Virus record (IMG/VR): IMGVR_UViG_3300027747_000649 | Coordinates: 1 to 56,672 of that record | Origin: a virus | Taxonomy: Duplodnaviria > Caudoviricetes | Strand: one strand, 5' to 3' | DNA: 56,672 nucleotides | In this document: piece after piece, positions 24,690 through 36,200 of the stretch | Layout of the letters: every line of letters starts with the position of its first letter | How positions within the stretch are numbered: position 1 is the first letter of the stretch | Program-made: the position numbers and the translations under genes | The notes under the pieces: model-generated | The model's database searches: none | Seen by the model: the letters and a program-made list of their open reading frames with translations, nothing else | What the model was told of the DNA's origin: nothing

Positions 24690-27600
24690 CACTTGTTTTT
24701 CCGCTTGCTTTCCAATTTTTCAATCTGTTCATTTAAGATCAGCATTTGATTGGTAATGAGCTTTTCCGTGCCTTGAACAACTTCTTTTGGAGCATTGTTT
24801 TCAACTTGAGTGTGGCGCAACTTGCGTAATTTTTGCACATTGCGCTCCACCTGATCGGCCATTTTATAAAGCGCGGCTTCTGGGTTCTCCGCTAAAAACT
24901 TTGCCACGTTTTCTTGGCGCTTGGACATACCCTTGATGGTGTTTTCGTACTCATTCATCTTCTTCAAATTATCGTAGAAGTGATTGGCCACAGATGAACT
25001 GCCTTTTGTATCGCCGTAAAACCTGCCGACTAAAGGAATCTTGTGGGGCGGCAGCTCTTCACCAGTCACGACAGAGCGCAAGACCTGCTCAGCCTTCATC
25101 ACCTCTCGGCCGAGGCCACCAGTAGCTTGACCAACCAAGTAATCAATCTGGTCTGGTGTAGGGCTGACTACTCCGGGCACATCTGCGCTGCCGCCTGAGA
25201 CATAGTTCAAAAACTCCGAGAACTTTTTACCAAAGACGGATGCGGACTCTTTGGCGCGCATATAACCGGGCGTTGGGTCCAAGCTATTGAAGTCTTTCTT
25301 GGCAATCGGTTTGCCCGTCCAGTCTTTGTTTTCAATAATCGCAGCCAGCCAATCCAGCGGTGTTGGCGTTACCGTCTGCATGGACCAACCGGCATTTCCG
25401 ATCGGGTTGAAGGCGTCCGCAAACAAGCTCAGCAGGTGTTCTGTGCGCTTGCCTGCATCTATTTTTCGCCCATCCTTTGCAGCAAGAACGCCCTCTGTAA
25501 TGATGCGAGCGGCCGATGGAATGACGTTGTAGCCCAAAGGCATAGGGAAAGCCAAATACTTTCCGCTCGGCAGCGGAATGATGAAGCTCTTGTCCTTCAC
25601 AAAGTCTGGTGGATCGTCATCGCCAAAGCCGGCCATTGACAGGCCCACCGCTTGGATGACGCCAGCCAACATGCCGCCGCCAACAATCAACTTGCCCGCT
25701 GGGCCGGCAATAGTTTGTCCCAAGCGCGTCGTACCTTGCACGGCGGAATTAAAAAACGCATACAGCGCGTTGGCGTGCGTTGCAATTTGGCCTTTGCGGT
25801 TAAAGTTTACCGTCAAATTCTTAGCAAGACTGGCTGCCTTTTCTTTGCTTAATTTGTTATCCAAGCCTGTTTTATAGGCGGCCAAACGAACGGCATTTTC
25901 CATTGTCTCGTTGTAGTCGCTAAGCCAATTTAAAACGGCATCCTTGGCATCACTGGCTTTGCCTTGAGACATCTTTTTAAGCTCGCGCTCAAGAGCTTGG
26001 CCACGCTCCTCGGCACGACTAAACTGGTCGCGGAAGCCTGTCTGCCCCCCTTGCTGCTGGAACTCTTCCCACAGCTTTGACCATTGACCCGTGGACACCT
26101 TGCCTTGATGATCGGCGCGAAGCTGAGCGTAGATGCCTCGCACTGCGGGCATAACTTGCTTCAGCACTTCGGCTTGCTTGCCTGCCAGCTCAGTGGTGGT
26201 GAGCTGTAGTACCGCGCCCTCGGTGTCGCGCAAGAAGTTGTAAACACCAAACACAGGGTTGTACTGCGTGTTGATGCTGGCAAAGAAACGAGTTACCTTT
26301 GCCGAGTTGCTCAAAATAAAACCAAGTTGGTCGGCGTCAAGGTTCTTCAAAGCCGTAACCATTCGGTCAGCCCGCTCATTGTTTTGATTGAAGAACACAA
26401 AACGGTCTTTGCCATTAACCCGAACGGACATAACGTTGTCGGCCCCGCGCAGCACAGGATTGACGCGCTCTGTCACTAAGCCCGTCTTGGGGTCAACTAC
26501 TTTCTGGGTTGGCTCTTTCATCAGGTTCTGTGCGTCCTGCATGGTCAACCCCATATTGACCAACTCATTGATCGTGGCCTGCATGTCTTTCTTGCTGTCT
26601 GGATTGACTGCCATCCAGAACTTGGGATTTGGGCTCTTCAAGGCCAAGCCGTACAAGGCTGTGGCTACACGGTTCTTTTCCGCACGAACAATAGTGCGCT
26701 CGCGCTGCATGGCGATGTTGGCCAAGATGTCAACAACCTTGCGAGTCGAGCCAATAGACCGCTTGGAAGATGATCCTCGCACGCTGAAGCCCTGACCAAC
26801 TGACTGGCCCTGTTGCGAGCTGTAGTCAACATCGTCGCGGTTCAGGGGCACGTAATCGCCGTAAGTTTTATCCCATGTATCAATGGTGTCTTGGCTTTCC
26901 AATCCGCTGTCAACTAGCATCTGTCGCGTGTTGCCGGTGATGATCTTCACCATTCGATCGGCTTGATCGAGCTTGGCTTTTTGAGTGGCAGAAAGGCCGG
27001 CCAAGTATGTGCGCGCATCTGCGGTATCAATGCCAGAGCCGCCGTCAGGCAGGGTTGGATTGACCTTGGCCACCTGAATGTTTCGCTCTTCAGCGTGCTT
27101 GTTGTGTAGGTACTCTTCCAGCTCGGGAATGGTCACGCCCAAGCGATCCATCTCCTTCAGTAGCGGACGGAGCTCGTTCACCAAAAAGTCTTTGGTCTGC
27201 TTGGCTGCACGCCCGTGGAACAACTCTTCCATCAAGTACGGGTTCCAATTGTCATCAATTTCGCCAACAGACTTTGTGATCTCGTCAATCACGCGCTTGG
27301 TATCAATGTGCCGGTTTTGCAAGTTGTAAATAAACTTGTCATTACTCGTCATCTCTGGAGCAGTCCAGTTGACAAGCGGCTTTTGGTTGAAGATGGTCTT
27401 GCCTACAGATGCATAAGTGCTGGACTCACTAAGCATCTCTTTGCTTTGGAACTTGCCGTCACCTTTGCTCAGACTGTCCAATGCGTTGATAAGCTTACCT
27501 TGTGAGCCCATGCCCACCATAGACAAAATCTTTTGACCCAACTCTTTCAGCCAATTCTTAAGGCGCGCCAATACACCACCGCGCACCGCATCAAAACGAC

Positions 27601-30600
27601 CTTGCATGATGTCTGTGCCGTTAACAGCCCAGAACTCGGACGGGTTGACGTATTGATAAAAGGAAGAAGGAACTTGGCCGTCTTTAACCATTTGCACGGC
27701 TTTTTCAAAATCAACCTCGCGCCCTTCTCCATGCCAGTGATACATGCCTAGCAATTTAAAAAACTCTTGCTGAGCTTTGTTTTCAATCTTTTGCTTTGCC
27801 TTGCTGAACTCTTTGGTCCATGCTTTGCGTATAGCGTTCTGCATGTCTGGCGGCATCATGCGTTCAAGGTGATGCAAGATTTCATGAACAGTTGTTGTGT
27901 CCTTGCCGGACTTCTTCATGAGCACCATCAAGCGGTTAACATCAAAGTACTGGCCTGATACGCCATCTTCTTTTGGTGCGCGAATGGAGATGCCTAAATC
28001 CTCTACCAGTTGCGGGTTTCTTTGAATGAACCATTCCGCAAAGTCAACAGCCTCGTCCGACAAATCGCCGCGACGCTTGGCCTCCAGTAGACGTTGGCGA
28101 ATAAAGTCGGCACCTCGTGTGCGCGGAGCACGTTGAGCGTACATACGAGCTTTTGCAGCATCATCCAAAGCGGTATCTACGCCGTCGATGAATGCCTCAT
28201 CCGTTATCTTGCCGCCTTCTCGGTCGCGGTTCAGCTTATCCAGTTTTCGCTTAAGGGAGGGGTTGCGTTTTTTCTCTTCATCAACCACGGGACCGGCGCT
28301 AATCTCCCTTGCGTTTACTCTAATACCTCGATCTTCGAGGCCCTCAGCTCCGCTGATGCCAGTGCGTTCTGCGCCAACATTGGGTTGAACTGCTGTACCT
28401 TTTTCAGTTCTTGAGGGTTGAATTTTGATGCCAACAGTGCCTCTCTCTGTTGTGCCTGCTGCTCTTGCTTTTTGCGATCCATCTTGAATCCTTTCGATGA
28501 TGGCTTGAATTTGGGAGTATGCCTCTGGAGCGTTCTTTTGTAAATCCACGGGCGATGTAAAGTAGCGGGCGAATGCCTCAGCAAATGACTCCATCTCGTA
28601 ATCAACAGAGCCCTTGTACTTTGCCGCATAAGGATAATAAAAGGGATGATTAAATTTATTATCGCTTCCGTTATACCAATTTTTTAATTCTGTTTCAGCT
28701 TTTGACCAGTTGATGCTGTAAGAAATTGTGTTGCCTTTAAAATCAACAGAATGACCAAGCTCATGAACAAGTGTGTGTAATTTTTCTGCCGGAGATTGAT
28801 TTTTCCATTGTGATCCAGTCATGAGCCAGCCTTGCTCTGACATGACTCCTCCTGCTTTCATTCTGGTAGAGCCGGCACCCTTTACATTGCCAAGCACGGC
28901 AGCAGGCAAACCCAAATCAAGCGCATCAGAAGCCAGTTGGAGAATTTCTTTAATCTGCAAATTAGTAAGGGGGGCCGGCCTTATCATTTGAGTTTTTTTA
29001 ACGCCAACCGCTCTAAACGGAGGAATTGGAGTTTTTAATTGTTTTTCCAATTGCTCTAATGCTTCCTTGCGCTCTTGTTCTGGACTTATTGCAACAACCT
29101 CAGGCTCTAATGCTGGCTGGTCAAACAAACTTCCAGTAGTATCCTGACGCCCTTCTTCTTGTGTTAATTTAAACTGATCGGCTCCGGCCTCAGATTCTTT
29201 GCGTATCTGCTCTTGCTCATCAAGTTTTTCAGCGTTTGCTTTGCGCTCCTCTTGATCGGCAACATCTTGCTCGGTTGGACTTTCTAAGTTAATTGGTTGC
29301 GCCTTGGGCACGGGTGTGCCACGAGCAGTGCGAATCTCGGCAATCAAGTCGGGGTTGGTTGACCAGTTATCCCAAGATGCTTTGAGCTGCCGCAGCTCAT
29401 CAATACGGCGCTTAACAGCCTCTGGGTCACGAATATCAATGCCCTCGGCCTTAGCGAGTGCTGGATTTTTGGCTGCACCAGTAATGGCAGACAAGCGAGT
29501 TTGCATTTCTCGTTGTTTGGCGGCCGCTATTTTAGCCATTTCTTCCGCCTCTTTCATGGCGGACTCGTCAAACCCAAACATATCTGTGGTGGTGTCTGAT
29601 TCTTGCGCAAGAGCCTTAACGGCTTGCATTAAATTAACCGCAGCAACAGCAGACTTTCCTTCTTGAATTGCTTTAATGCCAACACTTTGCAATCTGGAGT
29701 CGTTGGGTGCATTTAAAGAAATTAAGTAGGCCGCTTCATCCCCGACTTTGTCGGAACGGACACCGGCAATGAGTTCATCACTGCCTTGATTTGAGATGGT
29801 GAAAGCCCGCTTGCCCGTCGATCTCGCCAATAATCCGCGTGATTCTGCCGTGTCTTGGTCGAGGCCGGTGCCTTTGAAGTAGTTGACATAATCTTTTACC
29901 TTTCCTTGTCCATCACGAATATTTAACTCAGCATCTAAAACGGCAGCCATATCTTTTGTAAAGCCAGCGTCTTCATCATGAATTTGAGCTGGAATAGTCT
30001 TTTCGCCGCTGCGTTTTGCAAGATCAAAGCGATGACGACCGGAAATAATTTCCATGCGACCATCGCTTCTACGCCAAACTTGGATTGGAGCAACTCCAGT
30101 TCTTTCAAACTTACCGCCCAAAGGTTCAACAACGCCTTCTTTATTTGCGTCAGTTTTAAATTGAGGAACATCTTCAGATAATTGAAGCGTGTCAATAGGC
30201 ACTTCAACAGTTCTGCGACCCGGAAACTCTGTTTGTTTGGCCTCTTCTGCTGCAGCAGGCTGCTCCACTTCTACCGCGACAGGCTCGACAATCGCTGCTT
30301 CTGTTTTTGGAGTAACAGGGATGTTTTCTTGTGGAGCTGCCGCCTCCAGCTCTTGCTTCAAATCTACTTCAGCGGGCTGCGCCACCTCTCCGGCAACAAG
30401 CCCTGCAGGCGGATTTTCTTCTTGTGGAGCAACAAAAACATTTTCTTTTGGAGTTGCCGCTTCCATTTCCTGCTCAAGATCAAGCACGCGCTGCTGCTCC
30501 TCTGCGCGTTGCTGGGAAAGAGCATTTGGCTGGGGCGGTGTTGCCCGCTCTAAATTTGGCTCACTGACGGCAGTCTCAAGATTATCTGGCTCAAACGTTG

Positions 30601-31696
30601 GCTCAGTTCGTTCGGTTGTTGGAGCAACTGGAGGAGCGGGCTTTTGCTCTGTAGATGGCTCTTTTTCTTGCCGCTGTCTGCCAAGAACTTGACCGGCTCC
30701 AGTGCCTGCAACTCCCATTGCCGCGCCGGTTAATAAGCCCATAGCTGATGCTTCTGCAACACCGTCCATGATTGGTTTGTTGGTGGCGTAATTCATCCAC
30801 ATTTGCTCTTGTGCAGACTGAGGAAGCTCCTCAAAAACGCCTTCAGATATACCGGATGCACCAGCCTTTTTGGCAAAATCAAGGACCGACTTTGATTTGC
30901 CTCGTGAGACGCCAGATGCCAACATGGTTTCCACGTCATCTAAACCAAGTTTATTGGCAAGTCGGCCACCCACAGCACCAAAAGCAGCAGTACCAACACC
31001 TGAGCCAACTGCTGAAAGTGCTTCTTTAGGGGTCAGCAAACCAGTTTTGGATTCTTCACGCAGTTGCTCGGCAGCAGAGCCAGCCCCAAGCGCGCCCTCG
31101 CCAAGAGCGCCAGCCAAAAAAGGAGCAATAGTTGGTGCGGCCTTTAGCAAACCACGAGAAATACCAGCACCGCCAAGCATTTGAGGCAATGATTCGGCAG
31201 CAGATGATGCAATTACACTGGGGTTTTGTAGTCCAGCAAGAATTGTCGGGCCAAAGCCCTCCGCTTCTTTTACTTTTCTGTTTGCCGCTTGCTGGGCTTC
31301 AGATAAGTACGTATCAAGAATGGCCTTTGCTTCTTTGGGTTTGTATCCTTGCTCCTCAAGAAACTTGCCAATACGGCCGGTAGTAGGAATATCAGCCAAG
31401 CCTACAAAAGCTTCAGGCAAACCGATTGCGCCCTTAAGCAAAGAGATGCCGGAATCTAAAACCGTCCCCAATACGGAACGCTCTGGATTTTCTTGTTTGC
31501 GTTTGGCCACGGCCGCCAAATAATCTTGCGCATTTATTGAGCCCTCGGGCCCGCCTGACTTAACTACCTGCCATTGATTGCCCACCAAGAAAGCTGAGTC
31601 ACCTGCTTCATTTTTGGCGGTATCTGTTGGTTTAACCCATTGGTTGTTGACAAGAAAGACTACCTCACCCGTTTCAGGATTAACTGCGCGTTCCAT
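24689..31696 (-). CDS. Large polyvalent virion protein (ParB-like domain, two zincin HExxH motifs, LPD38-like C-terminus)
   Basis: 2335 aa; PIQVWRR...IISGRHRF; VHELGH...ESFAE; VHEILHH...EFWA; C-terminal NKDWTGKPI...SPTPDQIDYL. Confidence 0.75.
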   Translation of the reverse strand: MERAVNPETGEVVFLVNNQWVKPTDTAKNEAGDSAFLVGNQWQVVKSGGPEGSINAQDYLAAVAKRKQENPERSVLGTVLDSGISLLKGAIGLPEAFVGLADIPTTGRIGKFLEEQGYKPKEAKAILDTYLSEAQQAANRKVKEAEGFGPTILAGLQNPSVIASSAAESLPQMLGGAGISRGLLKAAPTIAPFLAGALGEGALGAGSAAEQLREESKTGLLTPKEALSAVGSGVGTAAFGAVGGRLANKLGLDDVETMLASGVSRGKSKSVLDFAKKAGASGISEGVFEELPQSAQEQMWMNYATNKPIMDGVAEASAMGLLTGAAMGVAGTGAGQVLGRQRQEKEPSTEQKPAPPVAPTTERTEPTFEPDNLETAVSEPNLERATPPQPNALSQQRAEEQQRVLDLEQEMEAATPKENVFVAPQEENPPAGLVAGEVAQPAEVDLKQELEAAAPQENIPVTPKTEAAIVEPVAVEVEQPAAAEEAKQTEFPGRRTVEVPIDTLQLSEDVPQFKTDANKEGVVEPLGGKFERTGVAPIQVWRRSDGRMEIISGRHRFDLAKRSGEKTIPAQIHDEDAGFTKDMAAVLDAELNIRDGQGKVKDYVNYFKGTGLDQDTAESRGLLARSTGKRAFTISNQGSDELIAGVRSDKVGDEAAYLISLNAPNDSRLQSVGIKAIQEGKSAVAAVNLMQAVKALAQESDTTTDMFGFDESAMKEAEEMAKIAAAKQREMQTRLSAITGAAKNPALAKAEGIDIRDPEAVKRRIDELRQLKASWDNWSTNPDLIAEIRTARGTPVPKAQPINLESPTEQDVADQEERKANAEKLDEQEQIRKESEAGADQFKLTQEEGRQDTTGSLFDQPALEPEVVAISPEQERKEALEQLEKQLKTPIPPFRAVGVKKTQMIRPAPLTNLQIKEILQLASDALDLGLPAAVLGNVKGAGSTRMKAGGVMSEQGWLMTGSQWKNQSPAEKLHTLVHELGHSVDFKGNTISYSINWSKAETELKNWYNGSDNKFNHPFYYPYAAKYKGSVDYEMESFAEAFARYFTSPVDLQKNAPEAYSQIQAIIERIQDGSQKARAAGTTERGTVGIKIQPSRTEKGTAVQPNVGAERTGISGAEGLEDRGIRVNAREISAGPVVDEEKKRNPSLKRKLDKLNRDREGGKITDEAFIDGVDTALDDAAKARMYAQRAPRTRGADFIRQRLLEAKRRGDLSDEAVDFAEWFIQRNPQLVEDLGISIRAPKEDGVSGQYFDVNRLMVLMKKSGKDTTTVHEILHHLERMMPPDMQNAIRKAWTKEFSKAKQKIENKAQQEFFKLLGMYHWHGEGREVDFEKAVQMVKDGQVPSSFYQYVNPSEFWAVNGTDIMQGRFDAVRGGVLARLKNWLKELGQKILSMVGMGSQGKLINALDSLSKGDGKFQSKEMLSESSTYASVGKTIFNQKPLVNWTAPEMTSNDKFIYNLQNRHIDTKRVIDEITKSVGEIDDNWNPYLMEELFHGRAAKQTKDFLVNELRPLLKEMDRLGVTIPELEEYLHNKHAEERNIQVAKVNPTLPDGGSGIDTADARTYLAGLSATQKAKLDQADRMVKIITGNTRQMLVDSGLESQDTIDTWDKTYGDYVPLNRDDVDYSSQQGQSVGQGFSVRGSSSKRSIGSTRKVVDILANIAMQRERTIVRAEKNRVATALYGLALKSPNPKFWMAVNPDSKKDMQATINELVNMGLTMQDAQNLMKEPTQKVVDPKTGLVTERVNPVLRGADNVMSVRVNGKDRFVFFNQNNERADRMVTALKNLDADQLGFILSNSAKVTRFFASINTQYNPVFGVYNFLRDTEGAVLQLTTTELAGKQAEVLKQVMPAVRGIYAQLRADHQGKVSTGQWSKLWEEFQQQGGQTGFRDQFSRAEERGQALERELKKMSQGKASDAKDAVLNWLSDYNETMENAVRLAAYKTGLDNKLSKEKAASLAKNLTVNFNRKGQIATHANALYAFFNSAVQGTTRLGQTIAGPAGKLIVGGGMLAGVIQAVGLSMAGFGDDDPPDFVKDKSFIIPLPSGKYLAFPMPLGYNVIPSAARIITEGVLAAKDGRKIDAGKRTEHLLSLFADAFNPIGNAGWSMQTVTPTPLDWLAAIIENKDWTGKPIAKKDFNSLDPTPGYMRAKESASVFGKKFSEFLNYVSGGSADVPGVVSPTPDQIDYLVGQATGGLGREVMKAEQVLRSVVTGEELPPHKIPLVGRFYGDTKGSSSVANHFYDNLKKMNEYENTIKGMSKRQENVAKFLAENPEAALYKMADQVERNVQKLRKLRHTQVENNAPKEVVQGTEKLITNQMLILNEQIEKLESKRKNK

Positions 31697-31717
31697 AAAT
31701 TCCCCTCGATGATTGGT

Positions 31718-33286
31718 TTATTGTTTCACAAAACCGGGAGGTGGTGGAGGTGCCTTGCCGGGAATTGAGGGAATGCCACCCTCTTCCTCTTTGATAAGAC
31801 CAGATAGCATTTCCAATCGTTGACGTGCAGCGGCTAATTTTACTTTTGCCTGCTCTCTTTCTTCTGGCGTACCCGTTGGGTTTGTTAATGGATTGATTTC
31901 CTTCTCATAGCCAGAAATGGACATTTGCAATTGACGTGTTAAGTTTTTAGCTGCGCCTACACCCGCAGCGCCGCTGCCTGTAATGGAACCGTAAATTTCT
32001 TGCCTTTGCTTTGCTTCAGCCAAGGCTTCTGGGGTGCCTTTTTGTATCAAAGCCATGATTCTGTTGGTCTCGCGTTCAGATTGGCCCGGTGCATTTGCTG
32101 TGGCAATACTAGTTGCGTTGCGATTTGCAGAAATCATTTCATTGCTGGCGCGATCAAGTTCCTGTATTTTTTCTTTGCTGGCGCGGTTCAGCTCGTTGTC
32201 CGTCATTTGTTTGGCCAACTTTTCGGCCTCAAATGCGTTCTGAGTCATTTTCAAAGCAACTTCGTAGTTCGCTTTGTATGCTTGATCGTAAGCGGCGCGA
32301 CCCAATCCAAACAAATCTTTCTTCTCGCCAAAAGTAATATCAGCTTTCTTTTGAGCCGCATCAATTGCTTGCTTGGTCAACTCAAACTGTTGAGCTTGAC
32401 GCTGAGCATTTAAATCATTTTGTGCGCGAGCAGCCATCGATCCCGACTCCATCCATGTTTTACCACGAGGAGTAGCGGCAATTTGACCTAAGTATTCCAT
32501 GAGCGCATCTATGCCGGGCTTTGGCCCTTCTAGTTGCTTTTTGCGGTTCTCATACTCGGCAATCAAGCGATCGTACTGCGATGTATCGCGGTTGCCCACT
32601 TCGCGTTGGTACTCGCGGATTGCAGAAGCTTTGGCTTGTTCTGGATTTTCATTCAATGCGCGAGCTTCAATGTCTCGTGCGCGTTGAATCAATTCGGCCG
32701 GCATGGTGTATGCAGGCGGCATGGTGTTGGCTTTGTTCAGCGCCTCAGTGACGGCTGGATCGTAAGCTGCTTCCATACGGCGTAATTTATCACGCTCACT
32801 AAGCACTTCTTCGCCTTCGGCAAACGCAACAATCCCACCGCCAGACATGTGCTGGCCAATATTGGATTGCAACTGCTGGATGCCGGGGCGCTGCTCTGGT
32901 TGAGGCACGTCTTGAGACATCCCCTGTGCAATACCTTGAGGCGCACTTGGAGGCATGCTTGGGGGCGCGGCTTGGGGCATACCTTGTGGCATTTGAGGCG
33001 CGCCTTGTGAGGCACCTTGAGGCGCACCTTGGGGGGCTCCCTGTTGCGTAGGTTGTTGTAAGGCTTGCATTAACTGTTCGGCAACAGTTGGCGGACTTTG
33101 TTGATTCATAGCTTGCTGGCGCTGATAGGCTGCTTGCTGTTGTTGAATGTCCTGCAGTGCAAGCAAGTCCCGAAGGTCAGCAGGAATGCCGGGGTTGCCT
33201 TTCTGCTCCTGCTGAACTTTGGCTTGCAGTGCGCCCGGGTTACCCATATACGCAGAAGTAATTTGATTAACGCTAGGTTCAAACAT
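31718..33286 (-). CDS. Putative internal virion/ejection protein
   Basis: 522 aa, Q/A-rich helical; GGGIVAFAEG motif. Confidence 0.6.
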   Translation of the reverse strand: MFEPSVNQITSAYMGNPGALQAKVQQEQKGNPGIPADLRDLLALQDIQQQQAAYQRQQAMNQQSPPTVAEQLMQALQQPTQQGAPQGAPQGASQGAPQMPQGMPQAAPPSMPPSAPQGIAQGMSQDVPQPEQRPGIQQLQSNIGQHMSGGGIVAFAEGEEVLSERDKLRRMEAAYDPAVTEALNKANTMPPAYTMPAELIQRARDIEARALNENPEQAKASAIREYQREVGNRDTSQYDRLIAEYENRKKQLEGPKPGIDALMEYLGQIAATPRGKTWMESGSMAARAQNDLNAQRQAQQFELTKQAIDAAQKKADITFGEKKDLFGLGRAAYDQAYKANYEVALKMTQNAFEAEKLAKQMTDNELNRASKEKIQELDRASNEMISANRNATSIATANAPGQSERETNRIMALIQKGTPEALAEAKQRQEIYGSITGSGAAGVGAAKNLTRQLQMSISGYEKEINPLTNPTGTPEEREQAKVKLAAARQRLEMLSGLIKEEEGGIPSIPGKAPPPPPGFVKQ

Positions 33287-33295
33287 AATTTTTCC

Positions 33296-36200
33296 TTAAT
33301 AACCGGGAACGCCAAGAGCCTTGAGCAATTGTCCAATTGTGGAGGCCCCGCCGGCAGCACCTTGCAATCCATTAGGCTGAGCCATTGCATAATTTTGCGC
33401 AGTAATTGGCAAGCCGTTAAGCATGGATTGTTGGAACTGCAGCTTGGTAAACGGATCTTTACGTGCCTCATCAAACTGAGCTTTATCTGCCGCAATACCT
33501 TCGGATTGAATGCCCCTTTGCGTAGCGCCCAATGCAGCTTGCTGTTGCAGATTTTGAAGATTCAAGCCGCCCGATGCGATGCCCAAGTTGCCTTGTGCCT
33601 GTGCAGCTTGCAATCCAGTGTTTAAACCCTGAAGGCCAAGGTTTGCGCCAAATTGACGGGACGCTTCAGAAGCTTGCTGCCCTGCCAAACCGTATTGCGC
33701 CGCTTGCTGGGCTGCAGTCATTCCTTGTGAAGCACCAAACTGGCGTGAAGCTTCGGCTTGACGCGCAGCTTCCAAAGCCGCGTTGATGTTGCCTTGGCCT
33801 GCGGTAAGACCTGCCTGTTGGTTTGCCAATGCTGCTTGCAAACCCTGCGAACCGGCCGTCGTTGCCGCTTGCAATGCTTGGCTTGCACCAAACTGTCGGG
33901 AGGCTTCTTGCGCTTGTTGTGCAGACAAACCGTATTGAGCCATAAGCTGCGCGGCAGTCATCCCTTGATTTGAACCAAATTGTCGAGACGCCTCGCGTGC
34001 CTGCTCTGCAGCAAGACCATATTGGGCGGCAGATTGAGCGCCCGTCATGTTTTGCTGTTGATTAAATTGCCGCGCAGCTTCCTGAGCTTGCTGGGCAGAC
34101 ATTCCATACTGCGCCATCATTTGAGCAGCAGTCATAGATTGGTTTGCGCCAAACTGTTTAGATTGCTCTGCCGCTTGCTGGGCTTGCATATTACGCGCTT
34201 GGTCAGCATTAAACTGGCCCATTGCATTGGTAAACGCAGTGTTGTAGCCCTGACCCGTAATGTTTGATAAGTTTGTACCCAAGTTGCGTTGGTTTTCAGC
34301 AGTCAAAATGGCTTGTCGGCTACCGCCAAATGCGCCAGCCTTAGTCATTGCTGCGTTGTTTTGCTGTGCCGTGATGTCTGCTTGACGACGAGCCTCTTCC
34401 AATTGTGGATTCAGAGACTGCTGCAAGTACGGATTCATGTACTGCTGGGCTGCACCGCTGTCAAACGTACCGGATGTGAAGTTGGTATTTTGATAATTGC
34501 TTGGTGCTTGGTACTGATTGGTAAAATTAGTGGCAGCAGACTGTACGGGCGCTTGAAACTGATTTTGAAAATTACCAGTTTGATATGCAGCAGGAGCCTG
34601 ATATTGATTGGCAAAGTTTCCTGTCTGATACGCCGAAGGAGCTTGGAACGACGAAGATACATTGCCAGCATTAAGCTGGTTATATTGCGGCGCACCGGAG
34701 GCTTGGTATGCTGCGGGGGCATTGAACTGATTGCCAAACTGAGTTGGGGTGTAATTCAAGTTTTGAGCTTTTTGCCCAATTTGCCCCATAGTGGTTTGTG
34801 CTTGCCCAACACTTGAAGGCACAGACAGATTCCCAGCATTGGTGAATGCCTGCTGTTGCAGAGTAGAAGCGCCCGCAGTCAATGGGCCTGTATAAGCCTT
34901 GTACGGAGTGTTAGCCTCTGCTTGTGCTTTAGCCAGCATGTTGGCGACATATGGGCCAATCCAACTTGATAAGTTTTGCTCGGTTCCGACTACACCCGCA
35001 TTTGCTTGACTTGCAACGGTGTCACCTGCAGCAAAACTTTTAATGCCGCCGCCTCGGGCATAGCCGACCGAGCCGCCGGGCATAAAATTGTTGGCATTAA
35101 TCTGCTTTCCCTGCTCAGTCGTCCCGGTGCGAGCCTTGCGGATTTTTTCCATCATGTGTTTTAGTTTGCGTGAGCCTTCATCCATATCACCATCTCCAAG
35201 TTGTGCCACCATGCGCGGTGATACGTATGCTTCCTCGTTTGCAACCAAAGCCTTTTCTCGGCCCTCAATTGAAGCAGGAATAGAGTCGCTCATTCCATCG
35301 CCATGACCGCGAATTGGTTTAGCGCCCAGCTTGTGTTCAAGCAATTTTAATCCGGCATCACTGCTGCCGTTTCCAAAATGAGAAACAACATCTGCAGGGA
35401 TGACAAACCCGCCGTGATCCAGATTTGTTAATCCGCCTTTAGCCATTCCGCCGATTACAAATGGGCTCGACTTGGCAACTTCTGCGTCATGAGCAGCTAA
35501 CGCTGCGGCATGCGCTGCGGCCTCAGGTGTAGGAGTGCTGTTTGCAGCAACTTGCCACGGCGCAGCTTCTGTTGAGTTAGTCAGCGCCCTTCTTCTTGCC
35601 TCTCGGTCCAATTGGTCTTGTGCATTTTGCAAGATGGTAGAGTTTGATGTTGGGTCGGTAATGCCTTGTTTTTTCCAAACATCAGATATGGCCCCCGTAC
35701 CAAACTGATTGGCTTGGCTGCCCTGCCAATTGATGAATTTTTTGAGTTCATCGCTAACAGCAGGGGCCGTAGAAGTTGTAGGCGTGGTCGGCGCAGTAGC
35801 CTCGGTAGAAGAAATAGAAGCTTTATGCGTGTCAGGAATTGTAGAAACTTTTGGCGTGTCAGTAGTGGTGGTCGTAGTGGGTGCGGTGGTCGTGGTGGCC
35901 GCAGGAGGAGCGCCGTATTTATAATTAAATTCGTTGTGAGGATTGGCCAGCAAAAGCGCCATTAAATCAGGCACTGAAGTAGATGTATCGGAAACAACCT
36001 TGCCAGTGGCTTTATCTGTGTATTTAACGCCTGTGCCGTAATTGATACCACCAGAACCGGGGCGACGATCGGTGGGTGGAGCGGTCAGCATGGGTTGTTC
36101 GGCAACCAAATCAGGAATGCCGCCTTGGTAACCTACGGGTTTGTTGTTTGCGCGAAATGCACCTGAGCCGCCAAGAACAGCACCTAAACCCGCAGTGCCC

